Source: Pachysolen tannophilus NRRL Y-2460 (Eukaryota). Taken from it: a DNA stretch of 64,000 nt. Location: assembly GCA_001661245.1 (NCBI GenBank), contig KV454018.1:805996-869995 (forward strand). Reading direction: 5' to 3'. Under the pieces are notes generated by a model. That model had not been told where the DNA came from, ran no database searches, and saw only the letters and a program-made list of their open reading frames with translations. Below are positions 1 to 11,447 of the stretch, piece after piece. The number at the start of each line of letters is the position of its first letter. Positions within the stretch are counted from its first letter, which is position 1. The position numbers and the translations under genes are program-made.

Positions 1-98
1 TTGATTATGATATAGATTATTTCAAAGTAATTCTTCTAAAATTCTAAATTTTCAAAATAAAAAAAAAAAAAAATTTTTTTTTACATATAGCAAAAAAA

Positions 99-116
99 AA
101 AATTTTTCAACTCATC
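99..116. promoter_or_regulatory. RRPE + PAC elements (ribosome-biogenesis regulon) upstream of UTP23
   Basis: AAAATTTTTCA (reverse complement of TGAAAAATTTT, RRPE) followed by CTCATC (reverse complement of GATGAG, PAC core), about 120 bp upstream of a ribosome-biogenesis gene. Confidence 0.7.
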
Positions 117-235
117 AAATAAAAGTTATTATCAAACAATTATAATTAAGTTGTTATCAAAATAAAGAAGAAGTGAAGAAGTGAAGAAGTGTTAAAGAGC
201 TATAGAGAGCCAAAGAGAGTCAAAGAGAGTTGAGG

Positions 236-1096
236 ATGAGACAGAAAAGAGCTAAAGCATATAGAAAACAGATTAATGTTTATGTTCATACTTTTAAGTT
301 TAGAGCACCTTTCCAAACCATAGTAGATGCAGAGTTAGTATTACATTGTGATAAGACTTCTTTTGATTTACAGAAAGGGTTAGATAGAACTATTCAAGCA
401 GAAGTAAAACCAATGATTACACAATGTTGTATGCAGGAATTATACAAGTCGAGGAACCAAAGAGCTATAGATTATGCCAAATCATTTGAAAGACGTCGTT
501 GTAATCATCCACCTTCGGACCCTCTTTCTAGTACCGAATGTATCAAATCGATTGTTGATATAAAAGGTGAAAATAAACATAGATATATAGTGGCAACACA
601 GCTTGATGAACTTCGAAGATATCTTAGAAAAATTCCTGGTGTTCCATTGGTGTATATGAATAGATCTGTTATGGTTATGGAACCTTTAAGTCAAGCAAGT
701 TTAAAAATTGAAAAAATTGTTGAAAAAAGGAAATTAACTAAAGGTTTAAATGATGCCAAATATGCAGGACTACCTCATAATGAAGATGAAGAAAAAATTA
801 ATATCATCAAGATGGAAGGAGAGAAACCCACAGTTTCTAAGAAAAGAAAAATTTCAAAAGAACCAAATCCATTAAGTGTGAAAAAAAAGAAACTGAATAA
901 ACCAGAACATAATCTGGAAACTAATATCAATAATAATAGTAATAACAAAGATGACAAGACAGAAGATGGTAAGACAAAGAAAAGAAAGAGACACCATGGG
1001 AAGCATAAAATTACTACTATAAATCAAGATATCGAGATTAGCGATAGGCAAGCTGAAAATTTGAGTACCCAGGACAAAGTTCAGGATAATGAATAG
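236..1096 (+). CDS. UTP23: rRNA-processing protein Utp23 (PIN-like, SSU processome)
   Basis: Begins MRQKRAKAYRKQ; has ITQCCMQELY, FERRRCNH, NKHRYIVATQ, PGVPL and the Lys-rich PNPLSVKKKK tail. First ATG is 236; the track used TTG at 230. Confidence 0.92.
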   Translation: MRQKRAKAYRKQINVYVHTFKFRAPFQTIVDAELVLHCDKTSFDLQKGLDRTIQAEVKPMITQCCMQELYKSRNQRAIDYAKSFERRRCNHPPSDPLSSTECIKSIVDIKGENKHRYIVATQLDELRRYLRKIPGVPLVYMNRSVMVMEPLSQASLKIEKIVEKRKLTKGLNDAKYAGLPHNEDEEKINIIKMEGEKPTVSKKRKISKEPNPLSVKKKKLNKPEHNLETNINNNSNNKDDKTEDGKTKKRKRHHGKHKITTINQDIEISDRQAENLSTQDKVQDNE

Positions 1097-1199
1097 ACGG
1101 TAGTGTGGGACGGTAAAGTGTGCCATTTTTAACCAAAGATCAACTGGCATTACTTACTATATATACTTTTCATAGTATATATATTTCCGAAAAGAATTA

Positions 1200-1560
1200 G
1201 ATATTGATTATCAGAATGTCTCATGATTAGCCGATAGCGAATGATTTAATTCCTAAAATTAGTGAGATTTATTTTTGTCTCTCAAGGCTTTGAACACTTA
1301 TCAGCCTCAAAGATAAAAAAATAAAAAATAAAAAAAAACCAATCATTATGTAAAAAAAAATAATAATAAAAGATTGGTACCTTATCAATGCATAATAGCA
1401 TATGTAGTTGATAGATAGCTGATATTTTTTGCATAGATAGACAATAGATGATCATAAATATATATATATACAATAGTTCAGTTTATTTTTTTTTGGCTAA
1501 GAAAAAAAAAATAAAATTAAGATAAATAGATAAAAGAAAGTAGGTCAATATATATATATA
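1200..1560. promoter_or_regulatory. Cluster of GATA (GATAA/GATAG/CTTATC) sites, likely nitrogen-catabolite-repression control of the permease
   Basis: Repeated CTTATC (~1298, ~1382), GATAAA (~1311, ~1521) and GATAG motifs upstream of a nitrogen-source permease. Confidence 0.5.
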
Positions 1561-1619
1561 TATAGAGAAAGAGAAAGAGTAATTATTATAATAGTTAATT
1601 TTGTTAATAGTAGGCAACA

Positions 1620-3341
1620 ATGGCATCATCTGTCAAGCTTTCCGGTACAACTACTTCTGCACTAGAGCCAATTACTTCGAGGCTTTCTATAATTCAGAGT
1701 AAGCTGACTGAAAAAAGAGAAATTGATCCAAGAAGAGCTAAAGATGAGGAAGAATTATTAAAAGAAATCGGTTATAAGCAAGAATTGCATAGGACTTTTT
1801 CAACTTTTCAAACTTTTGGTATAGCATTTTCTATTATGGGTCTTTTACCTTCAATTGCAACATGTATGGGTACTGGTTTATATACTGGAGCCTCTGGATT
1901 AGTATGGGGTTGGTTTGTTTCTGGAATTTTCATCTTATCGATTGGTGTTGGTATGTCAGAACTTTGTTCTTCAATTCCAACATCTGGTGGGTTATATTAT
2001 TGGACAAATTATTATTCACCAGATAGTATTAGAGTGCCATTATCATTTGTTATTGGATGTTCAAATTCTGTTGCTTTATGCGCAGGTGTTTGTTCTGTTG
2101 ATTTTGGTTTTGCAGGTGAACTTTTATCTGCAGTTTATATTAGTAAAGATGGAGATTTTGATATTACTGTATATAATAAATATGGTATATTTGCAGCATG
2201 TTTATTACTGCATGTTGCATTAGTTACATTTTCTAGAGGTAAAACTGCTCTGGTACAATCTGTATCAAGTTATGCAAATATTGGAATTTGTCTTTTATTT
2301 TTCATTGCAGTACCAATTGGTACAAAAATTAATATGGGAGGGTTTAATGATGGGAAATTTATATTTGGTGATATGGAAAATTATGGTGGATGGTCAAATA
2401 CTGGATGGGAATTTTGTAATGGGTGGATGGTTTGTATATGGACAATTGGTGGATTTGATTCATGTGTTCATATGTCTGAAGAACTGAATTCTACAGGTTT
2501 TAGTATTCCAATTGGAATAATTGGAAGTATATCTATTTGTTGGATAGTTGGATTTTTCATATGTATTACTTTAGGTGCATGTATGTCAACAGATGTTGAT
2601 AGTGTTATTGATACTGGATCTGGTGAAGCAATTGCACAAATAATTTATGATTCTTTAGGTAAAAAATGGGCAGTTGCATTTATGTCACTTATTTGTATTT
2701 GTCAATTTATGATGGGTGCTTCATTATTATTACTGGCTTCAAGACAAATATGGGCTTTTTCAAGAGATGATGGATTACCATTTGCAAAATATATTAAAGT
2801 AGTAAATAAAAAATATAGACAACCACTTAGAGCAACATATTTTGCAGGTGGTTTATCATTATTTATTTGTTGTCTTACATTAGCAGGTGATACAGCTGCA
2901 GATGCTTTATTTTCATTAGCTGTAGCTGGTAATTATTTAGCTTGGACAACTCCAATTTTTTTAAGATTAACAGTTGGTAGAGAAAAATTTAAACCAGGTG
3001 CTTTTTATTTAGGTCCAATTTTTAGTCCAATTGTTAATTGGATAGCTGTATTTTGGACTGCATTCGTTATAATATTATGCATGTTCCCATCTTCAAGTAG
3101 TGTGACTGCATCAACAATGAATTATACTGTGGTTATAAATCCCGGAGTATGGGTTTTATCAATTCTTTTTTACTTCACCTACAAATATAAATACTACCAT
3201 GGCCCAAAATCAAACTTACAAGATCCAACAGCTGAAGATATTGCTGAATTAGAAAGAATTAAACATCAAAAGACAAAAGAAGTAGCTTTAGTTAAAGTAT
3301 CTAGCCGTGATGCTTCAAGTAATTCAGACTCGGTAGTATAA
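1620..3341 (+). CDS. UGA4: APC-superfamily amino acid/GABA/polyamine permease (Uga4-like)
   Basis: Motifs IGYKQEL, AFSIMGLLPSI, ELCSSIPTSGGLYYW, SCVHMSEE and SRQIWAFSRDDGLP; about 12 hydrophobic segments. Confidence 0.8.
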   Translation: MASSVKLSGTTTSALEPITSRLSIIQSKLTEKREIDPRRAKDEEELLKEIGYKQELHRTFSTFQTFGIAFSIMGLLPSIATCMGTGLYTGASGLVWGWFVSGIFILSIGVGMSELCSSIPTSGGLYYWTNYYSPDSIRVPLSFVIGCSNSVALCAGVCSVDFGFAGELLSAVYISKDGDFDITVYNKYGIFAACLLLHVALVTFSRGKTALVQSVSSYANIGICLLFFIAVPIGTKINMGGFNDGKFIFGDMENYGGWSNTGWEFCNGWMVCIWTIGGFDSCVHMSEELNSTGFSIPIGIIGSISICWIVGFFICITLGACMSTDVDSVIDTGSGEAIAQIIYDSLGKKWAVAFMSLICICQFMMGASLLLLASRQIWAFSRDDGLPFAKYIKVVNKKYRQPLRATYFAGGLSLFICCLTLAGDTAADALFSLAVAGNYLAWTTPIFLRLTVGREKFKPGAFYLGPIFSPIVNWIAVFWTAFVIILCMFPSSSSVTASTMNYTVVINPGVWVLSILFYFTYKYKYYHGPKSNLQDPTAEDIAELERIKHQKTKEVALVKVSSRDASSNSDSVV

Positions 3342-3881
3342 AAAAAAAAGTATTATAAAAAAGTACTGTATAAGTAATATAAGTAGTGTGAAAATAACCC
3401 AATTCCACACTTGCTTATCTTATCTTTTTCTTTCTATTATGATTTTTTTGTTATGTTTTTATCTTTTTTCTCTTTTAAGCGCTGATTATTTATTTACCCG
3501 GAAATTTATCTTATTTTTTTAACTTTTTTTTATTGCTGGGGACTTGCCCTTGCCACTTTAGTTTATCTAACAAGTAATATATATATATATATATTAATTA
3601 AATATTCTTATCAATATTTTTATATATAAATATATATATATATTTAAATAAATTAAAAATTAATTCTTTATTTTAATTTTTTTTTTACAATCAATCAAGA
3701 TATTAGAGGTTCTAGTTCCGGATTGTTGTGTTTTATATTCAGAGCTAGAATAATATTCTGATTGAATTTTATTTAGTTTTATTAAAAATTTTAAAATTTT
3801 GTTTTACCTCTTTTGTTGGTTTTCTTTAGAGTTTAGTTTAGTTTATTAATTCTTTTTTTTTATTTTTCTTTTTTTTTCAAT

Positions 3882-5591
3882 ATGAAGTTAACTAATGCTT
3901 TGGCCTTGTCGATTTTATCGGCGCTTTCATCATACGCTTTGGTTATTCCTAATCTTGATGAGTTGCCATCAGTTATGAACTTGAATACTCCTCCAAACAA
4001 AGCTGCAGTTGCTAAAGATGATGCTAAGGATGCCGCTGATATCGGCGCTTCCGTTAAAGCTGGTACCGAGAGTAACAACGATAAGGCGGTTGATCCATAT
4101 TCTAAGATGAATTTATTTGATGATAACTCAAAGGCTTCAGCTCCACTTTTTTCTGCAGAAACTCAAGGTCGTAAGGTTATTCCACACTCTTATATTATTG
4201 TTTTAAAGCAAGGCTTAACACCAGAACAGATTAATTTCCATAGAGAATGGGTTAAAGAAAAACATTCTAATTTTGCAGATGATCTTTTAAATAAGGATCC
4301 AAATGATCCATTTTTCATTTCTACACAAGAACAAGGTGTTGATAAATTTGGAGGTTTGATGGATGAATTTAATATTTCAAACTTGATAAATGGTTATTCA
4401 GGTTTTTTCTTGGATCAAACTGTTGAATTGATTAGAAAAAACCCAATGGTTGCATTTGTTGAAAAAAATACAGAGGTTCATGCTAATGAATTTTCTGTTC
4501 AAAATGGAGCTCCTTGGGGATTAGCAAGAGTTTCTCATAGAGATTCTTTAAACTTGGGTAGTTTTAACAAGTATTTATTTGATGATAATGGTGGAGAAGG
4601 TGTCACTGCTTATGTTATCGATACTGGTGTTCACGTAAGTCACAAGCAATTTGGTTCAAGAGCTAAATGGGGGAAGACAATTCCAACTGGTGATGCAGAT
4701 GAAGATGATAATGGTCATGGTACCCATTGTGCTGGTACTATTGGATCTGATGATTATGGTATCGCTAAAAAGGCAAATATCGTTGCTGTTAAAGTCTTGA
4801 GATCAAATGGTTCCGGTAGTCTGTCTGATGTTATTAAAGGTATTGAATATGCTGCCAATTCTCATTTGGCTGCTGAAAAGGAAAATAAAAAAGGTTTTAA
4901 AGGTTCTACTGCCAATATGTCCTTGGGTGGTGGTAAATCTGCTGCTTTGGACCTTGCTGTTAATGCAGCAGTTAAAGCAGGTCTTCATTTTGCAGTTGCT
5001 GCAGGTAATGAAAATCAAGATGCTTGTAACACTTCTCCAGGTGGTGCAGAAAAAGTTATTACCGTTGGTGCATCTACTTTATCGGATGCAAGAGCTTATT
5101 TCTCCAACTATGGTAAATGTGTTGATATTTTTGCTCCAGGATTAAACATCTTATCAACATATATTGGTTCAGACACTGCAACTGCCACTTTATCTGGTAC
5201 ATCAATGGCTTCACCTCATATTTGTGGTTTATTATCATATTTCTTGTCATTACAACCAGGATCAGATTCTGAATTTTTCAATGGTGCTTCATCAGGTATT
5301 ACACCAGATCAATTAAAGAAAAATTTGATTGCATTTGCTTCTGAAGGTGTATTAAGTGATATTCCAGAAGATACTCCAAACTTGTTGGTCTTTAACGGTG
5401 CTGGTCAAAACTTGTCTTCATTCTGGGATTTAGATGGAAAGTCTGTTGAATCAATGGAAAAACAGCATTTAGTTGATGTTGATAGAATTGTTAAAGATGT
5501 TAAAGATTCAGTTAATTTTGAAAAAGCTGAAGAAAAAATTGTCAAGATTATGGATGAGGTTAAAGATTTAATTGATGACTTAAGAGCTTGA
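3882..5591 (+). CDS. PRB1: Vacuolar subtilisin-like proteinase B precursor
   Basis: Signal peptide, I9 propeptide and catalytic triad motifs VIDTG, GHGTHCAG, SGTSMASPH. Confidence 0.95.
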   Translation: MKLTNALALSILSALSSYALVIPNLDELPSVMNLNTPPNKAAVAKDDAKDAADIGASVKAGTESNNDKAVDPYSKMNLFDDNSKASAPLFSAETQGRKVIPHSYIIVLKQGLTPEQINFHREWVKEKHSNFADDLLNKDPNDPFFISTQEQGVDKFGGLMDEFNISNLINGYSGFFLDQTVELIRKNPMVAFVEKNTEVHANEFSVQNGAPWGLARVSHRDSLNLGSFNKYLFDDNGGEGVTAYVIDTGVHVSHKQFGSRAKWGKTIPTGDADEDDNGHGTHCAGTIGSDDYGIAKKANIVAVKVLRSNGSGSLSDVIKGIEYAANSHLAAEKENKKGFKGSTANMSLGGGKSAALDLAVNAAVKAGLHFAVAAGNENQDACNTSPGGAEKVITVGASTLSDARAYFSNYGKCVDIFAPGLNILSTYIGSDTATATLSGTSMASPHICGLLSYFLSLQPGSDSEFFNGASSGITPDQLKKNLIAFASEGVLSDIPEDTPNLLVFNGAGQNLSSFWDLDGKSVESMEKQHLVDVDRIVKDVKDSVNFEKAEEKIVKIMDEVKDLIDDLRA

Positions 5592-5800
5592 AGCATTTTA
5601 AGCATTTTTTTTTTTTTTTAATTTGATTTGACTGTAATTTGTTTTTTTTTTTCTTTATTTTTATTTTTTGTTTTTTTTTTTTATTATTACTATTACTATT
5701 ATTTTTATTTTATTTTACATTATTATGTTCTCATATATCACAAGAAACCATTCATATTATACCGTTATATTATCTAAATAAAAATTTTTTATTGTAACGT

Positions 5801-6889
5801 TTATTTCTGCTGTGCAGATATAACGCTCATACATTGAAACTTGTTAGAATAAGTAGCCTTCCATAAACGAATCTTTGCATCATCACCAGCACTGCTTAAT
5901 ATTGATCCTGTTAAATTCCATTTTACTTTCCAAACTTCACCTTTATGATCATCATGACTGGACAATAATTCCACATGTATATGATTCAAAGAATTATCAG
6001 CACCACTACCAATATTATTATTATTATTATTATGATCATTTCTAGCATTTAACAGTGATCCAGTTCCTTCGATATCTTCATCACGAGAGGTATCCATTTG
6101 ATCATCATTTGGAACAGATTTATTTCCTATTGTCTCTGTTAATTTGAATATGCGTACTAATCCATCTTTACAACCAGTGGCAATCAATTGATAATACCTA
6201 CCCATTGAAGGAGCCCATGAAACAGATCTTATTAAACCATTATGTTCTGGAAGTTGAGTTGCCAAGACAAACTTATCATTTTTATTTTTTTGATAAATAA
6301 AACCTTGATCTAAAGCACATACAACTAATTTTTCAGAAGAAAATCTAGATGGACACCAAGATAATGAAAAATCAGATTGTAATTGAGGTGCTGGTGGTGA
6401 ACTTAAAACATTTATTTCATTTGTTAAAGTCCAATGTCTAATATCTGAAGGTTCAATAGCATCATATACTCTTAAGATACCATCATTTCCTATAGTACCA
6501 ATTCTTAAACCAAGATGACTAGGAGCAAATGAAATATCATATAATGGACCATATGAATCAGATATTGTTGCCATTTTTTTCCATCTCCTACCAGAACCAT
6601 TTTGTTCATCAAAATCTTCTTCCCAAATCTTAATCGTACGATCAAAAGAAATCGATGCCAATATATGTCCAAACTCAGGTGAAGCAAATACAACTTTAAC
6701 CACCGATGAATCATGTGCTTTCCAAGAATCATTTAAAACCCAAGTAGAAGTTAAAGGATCTAAATCAAATACTTTTATATGTTGATCCGAAGAACAAGTT
6801 GCTAATTGTTTCCCATAAAAATCATAAGCAACATTATGTATCAATTCCTCATGACCAGTTGCAAACGGTTTAATAGGCTCTTTCATCAT
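5801..6889 (-). CDS. SEH1: WD40 nucleoporin/SEA complex subunit Seh1
   Basis: GHEELIHNVAYDFYG..LATCSSDQHIKVF, WKAHDSS, ASPEFG, SVSWAPSMGR and LSSAGDD..IRLWK. Confidence 0.93.
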   Translation of the reverse strand: MMKEPIKPFATGHEELIHNVAYDFYGKQLATCSSDQHIKVFDLDPLTSTWVLNDSWKAHDSSVVKVVFASPEFGHILASISFDRTIKIWEEDFDEQNGSGRRWKKMATISDSYGPLYDISFAPSHLGLRIGTIGNDGILRVYDAIEPSDIRHWTLTNEINVLSSPPAPQLQSDFSLSWCPSRFSSEKLVVCALDQGFIYQKNKNDKFVLATQLPEHNGLIRSVSWAPSMGRYYQLIATGCKDGLVRIFKLTETIGNKSVPNDDQMDTSRDEDIEGTGSLLNARNDHNNNNNNIGSGADNSLNHIHVELLSSHDDHKGEVWKVKWNLTGSILSSAGDDAKIRLWKATYSNKFQCMSVISAQQK

Positions 6890-7137
6890 TCTATCTCCTA
6901 CACCTAATACACTCTATAAACCTTCCCTATACTTATATATATATATATATATGTATGTCTTCAACATGTTTCGTCTTTCCTCCTCTTTATTTATGTCCGC
7001 TTATATTTTGAGGACATAAACATTTACTTTAGTACCGTTTGATCTCCTGTGCACTACCATGAAATTTTCACTTCTTAAAAGTAAAAGAAGAGATGGCTGG
7101 TTGAAAAGAAGTTAACATTCGGTTATTGAGAGAATGG

Positions 7138-7191
7138 GATTAGTAAGGGGTGATTAGTAAGGGGTGGTTGGTAAAGGTGGTTGGTAAGGGT
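7138..7191 (+). repeat. Degenerate 13-14 bp G-rich tandem repeat (4 units) containing two AGGGG (STRE) cores
   Basis: GATTAGTAAGGGGT x2, then GGTTGGTAAAGGT and GGTTGGTAAGGGT. Confidence 0.75.
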
Positions 7192-7368
7192 TTTTAGCTT
7201 ATTTGTGCTAGGTTTGAGTATGATTTGAGGTTATGGTTTATTTTTATTTTTTGATTTGTTTGTTCAAAGGCTTCATGTATAGCTTAAAAGATCAATACAA
7301 CTAGTTCAAGTACAAGTGTATCAACAAGAGGTGAATTTTTATTATTTAGTTATAGCGGTAACGGTATC

Positions 7369-8604
7369 ATGGGTAATCATTTTCAATCTGTTGAAGAGGC
7401 TTTTGGGTCAAATGAGAGTAGCAATATACAAAGATTAAGAGAAAAAGATGCTAGGTTTAATCTGAGAAGAAACATTAGGTCAAGAGAGGAAGTTTATGGA
7501 TCCAAAATTGGATCATATTCTCAACAAATGGATCGTAGTCAGTATTATAGTATTGAAGAGCCAATGAGGGCACCTCAAAACAGACCACAGCAACAGTATA
7601 TTATTGATAAAAGGGGGAATGCGGTTGATCCTATTGATTATATGTTTGATTCTTCTAAAGATCGAGCCAAAATTTTTAACAAAATAAGAAATAAAAATAA
7701 GAAAAAAGTTGTATTACCAAATGGAGAACATATAACGGAATTTGTATATGAGAGGAAATTGAAAGAAAGGGAAGAAAGAGCTTTTAGTGGTGATGTTATG
7801 GATGCAATGCCATCTTTTGCGTTGGACTATCGTAATTATAATGAGTATTCTCAACACCACCATCACCAGCAGCGTCAACATGTGGAAAAACCACTGGAAG
7901 AAAATAGACAACAAAACATTAAAAGTACTACTACATGTACTACATGTAGTAGATGTGCTGCATGTGTTGAAAATAATAAATCAGGTGAAACAAGTGAAAC
8001 AGGTGAAGCTACGCTGTATTCTTTATGGGATTATATTTCTTATGCAACTTCGTATTTACCGACTCTTTATTATCCTACCCAGGAAACGGTTAATGATCAC
8101 GATGATCTGACAAGTATTGTCACTACAGATTCTTATGACTTGAACTTAATGGGAAGTCATGGTTCATCTGATACTTCTGTAAGTTCAAAAGAGAGCAATA
8201 GGTTTCAAAAACAACAATTAAATGTTAAAAGTTCAAGCACATCTAGCACATCTTCTCCAACTTCACCTTCTTCTCCTTCCCCATATTATAATAAAGACTC
8301 TACTGATTTCATTTTTAATTCCAAAATTACTCAAAAAGAAGATGAAACACAAAACGCTAAAAATAGCTTCAAACTAAAATTGAAAAAAAAATTAAGAAAA
8401 GTATCAAGCTCTTTTGAAGATTCATCCATTTCACCTCAATCTCACAATTCCCCCAATTCACCTAAATCCCCCAATTTTTCAAAATCTTTAAAATCTCCAA
8501 AAAAATTATATTTTGCAGATGTTGAACCAGCTGAGTACAATCGCCAGTATCATCCTAACTATAGGATCCCTTCTTCATCTTCTAAAAACCATCTTAAATG
8601 TTAA
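7369..8604 (+). CDS. Hypothetical protein, Ser-rich, with a CxxCxxCxxC motif
   Basis: 411-codon ATG-initiated ORF in AT-rich DNA; no family recognised. Confidence 0.7.
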   Translation: MGNHFQSVEEAFGSNESSNIQRLREKDARFNLRRNIRSREEVYGSKIGSYSQQMDRSQYYSIEEPMRAPQNRPQQQYIIDKRGNAVDPIDYMFDSSKDRAKIFNKIRNKNKKKVVLPNGEHITEFVYERKLKEREERAFSGDVMDAMPSFALDYRNYNEYSQHHHHQQRQHVEKPLEENRQQNIKSTTTCTTCSRCAACVENNKSGETSETGEATLYSLWDYISYATSYLPTLYYPTQETVNDHDDLTSIVTTDSYDLNLMGSHGSSDTSVSSKESNRFQKQQLNVKSSSTSSTSSPTSPSSPSPYYNKDSTDFIFNSKITQKEDETQNAKNSFKLKLKKKLRKVSSSFEDSSISPQSHNSPNSPKSPNFSKSLKSPKKLYFADVEPAEYNRQYHPNYRIPSSSSKNHLKC

Positions 8605-8822
8605 TTTCGTATACTTTTCATAATATATCTTCATTTTCATTGTATTTTCGTTAGTTCTTCTTTAGTAGTGTGTAACTGTAAGGTGAAAAAAAAGTATTAA
8701 GAAAAAATGAATGAAAGAAAAATTTCAATAATGGTAATAAGAAAACTATTCATTCTTTCATAATAAAAGAGCTTCAAATATAGCATTGGTTAAGTGATAT
8801 TGGAAAGAGTTTGGGTATTAAA

Positions 8823-9686
8823 ATGTTTAGAAGTCGCTTGGCACTAGGTAGATCAGTTTTTGTTATTCGCAAAAATGTATGGCTGGTTAATCCTATTAGA
8901 TTGAATTCTACAGGTACATCATCATCATCATCATCATCATCATCTACTCCAGAGCCGAGGAAATTGACAGCAGCGCAGCAGAGGAAACAGAGAGACCAGT
9001 TGGCCAAGTCTTCTATTAAGGATGTTTTTGAACTTTTCATGCCTGGTCATGCTGATGAAACAGATACTATTGAAATTGATCCAACTCCAATATATGCAAA
9101 TCCTAAATTATATTTAAATTTAACTACTCCACAACAACATTATATCTTGGAAGAACTAAACAATAAATATTTAAGAAAATCATGGAAAAAAATGCCTCAA
9201 GATGTTAAAAGATTTCATTATTTTTTAGCATATGGTAATTATGGACCAAGAGAATCTTTCCCAGAAACTAATTCTGATCAATTACAATTTGATATACCGT
9301 TTAAAATACCTAGTTTTATTACAACACAAAACCCTTCACCAACTACAATTATTAAGAGACTTCCTTATAATATAAACTATAAGAAATGTGGACCAGTGAG
9401 GCTAAAACAATTTGAAAAAGATTCTCGTATGGATATTGTTTCAAAAATCATATTATTTATAACTGCTTTGTTAACAGTATTAAATTTTAAAAGAGATCGG
9501 AAAATTGTTAATACAAATAAGGTCCCAACTAATGAATATGAGAAATATATGGAAAGAATTCAAGAACAAGAAAGAATTATTTTTGAAAATGAAAAAAATC
9601 GCAAGTTAAATGAATTGAAAAATCAAAATGTAATAACCAACGAAACTACAAATGGTAGAAAATGGTATTATTTATGGATTAAATAG
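8823..9686 (+). CDS. GEP7: Mitochondrial membrane protein, Gep7/Mtc3 (COX4-like) family
   Basis: Arg-rich presequence, W..M....KR..Y..AYGNYGPRE motif, one TM helix and a C-terminal KWYYLW; adjacent to RAD6 as in S. cerevisiae. Confidence 0.7.
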   Translation: MFRSRLALGRSVFVIRKNVWLVNPIRLNSTGTSSSSSSSSSTPEPRKLTAAQQRKQRDQLAKSSIKDVFELFMPGHADETDTIEIDPTPIYANPKLYLNLTTPQQHYILEELNNKYLRKSWKKMPQDVKRFHYFLAYGNYGPRESFPETNSDQLQFDIPFKIPSFITTQNPSPTTIIKRLPYNINYKKCGPVRLKQFEKDSRMDIVSKIILFITALLTVLNFKRDRKIVNTNKVPTNEYEKYMERIQEQERIIFENEKNRKLNELKNQNVITNETTNGRKWYYLWIK

Positions 9687-10020
9687 ATATTTGTATATAA
9701 ACACCATTTATTAATAAAATTAAAACAATGTAGAGACATACTTTATAAACTGCCAAAAAAAAAAAAAAGTAAAAGAAAATCCTTTAATGCCTTATATTAG
9801 TATGAAAATGTAACTTGATTAAACTAAATAAAAAGCAAATAGAACGAAAGAAACACAAACTAACAAGTAAACGATAACAATGTCATAAAAAAGATAATAG
9901 AAAAAGAAAAAAGATTAAAAAAGTTTTAATTTACCAACATCTTTTCTTCAACGATATGCTACAAAAAAAAAAATAAAATGTCAAAAGTTGTGCCCTTGCT
10001 CGACATTTTTCCAATTCGAA

Positions 10021-10616
10021 TTACTCTTCATCTTCCACATCTTCATCTTCACTGCTTAACTCATTATCTTCCCAAGATTTTTCAACCGTCAGTCTAACTT
10101 TCTTAATATATTGTGATCTATGGTCCTTATACAAATTTGCCGCTTCAACATTGGCGGGACTTGCAATATTTGGATCATTCAATAACGATTGAATTGATGT
10201 CAATATCGAGGCCACATCATAAGTTGGAGACCATCTGTTTTGTAAAATATCCAAACATAATTCACCAGAAGCGTAAACATTTGGATGAAACATTTCACTT
10301 ATAAATTTGACTGAAGGCGGTTTATTCGGATATTGTTCATCAAATTGTAAAACCAACCTAAATGTCCCATCTTCAAAAGGGGTATCTGCCGGTCCTATGA
10401 TAACAGCGTTCCATGTCATAACATTATCTGGTAACGGAGAAGCTGACACCCCACCAGGAGCATCTGATTGCATACGCTATTTAAAGCAAAAAAAAATTAA
10501 AGAAAAAATAAAAAGTCAGTAATAAAATTCTAAAATCCAGAAATTTTCTACCAAATCATTGAGTATATACTTACTTTGAAATCACGCATAAGTCGTCTTC
10601 TAGCTGGAGTTGACAT
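10021..10616 (-). CDS. RAD6: Ubiquitin-conjugating enzyme Rad6/Ubc2; exons 10616-10575 and 10476-10021
   Basis: Exon 1 is [14 protein letters not shown]; intron 10574-10477 is GTAAGT...TACTGAC...TAG; exon 2 has [22 protein letters not shown] and an acidic tail. Confidence 0.97.
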
Positions 10617-11447
10617 CTTTTTAATATGTATCTAATCAATCTATAGTAATGATTTTCTGTGCTTGATATTTATTTTTTCAAAATATCGTAAACCTTTCTG
10701 TTTCCTTTAAAACAAAACTAATAAATCCAAATACTTCTAGATAACTTTGTTACCATATCAATTTTTTCCCAATAGACAAGAAACAAAAGCCAAAAAAGAG
10801 AAGAAAAAAGAAAAGAAAAAGAAAGAAAAAAAAGACAAGATTCCTTTTATCTTATTAACAAATTACTAATCTTAAAAACACAAGAATAAAATATATACGA
10901 TATTGGACTTTCAAACCAAATTGATTTGAACATATTGATTAAAATTAGATGGCAAAAAGATGTAACATTTTCTTCTCCTTCCAAGGAAACCAAAACGGAA
11001 ATACATTTTTGTGTTATTCTCCTATACGGAGAACGTAAAAAAGAAAAAATTACAATTTCTCCATCGGCTTTTCCGGAGAAGTAGAAGGAGAAATGAAAGG
11101 AAAAGTTTTTCCTCAAAAAGTTCTCCTTTCTATTTTCTTTTCCTTTTCCGTTTCCGTTTCCGTTTCAGCCGTCTGCTGATCTTCTCCGTTCTCCGTGAGT
11201 AGTCTCTTGATCTTTAAGCAGCAGGAGACGAAGACGCACACCGTGATGGGTTTAAGTGATTGATTTGACTTGATTTGATTAATTAATTGAGCCAAGAAGA
11301 TAAAGGTTTCAAGATAGCAAGGTGATGTTGTGAAATAGTTTCTGTGAGATTAGTATATAGTATATAGTTTATAATAGTTATGGTAATTGTTGAAATAAAA
11401 GAAAAACAATAGTTGGTTGGAAGTACTGATAAGGAAGACATTATTTA

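Noticed and set aside
4821..4823. PRB1 CTG as evidence for the standard code (Leu)
   Set aside because: A single variable subtilase position, outweighed by several Ala-type sites in other genes
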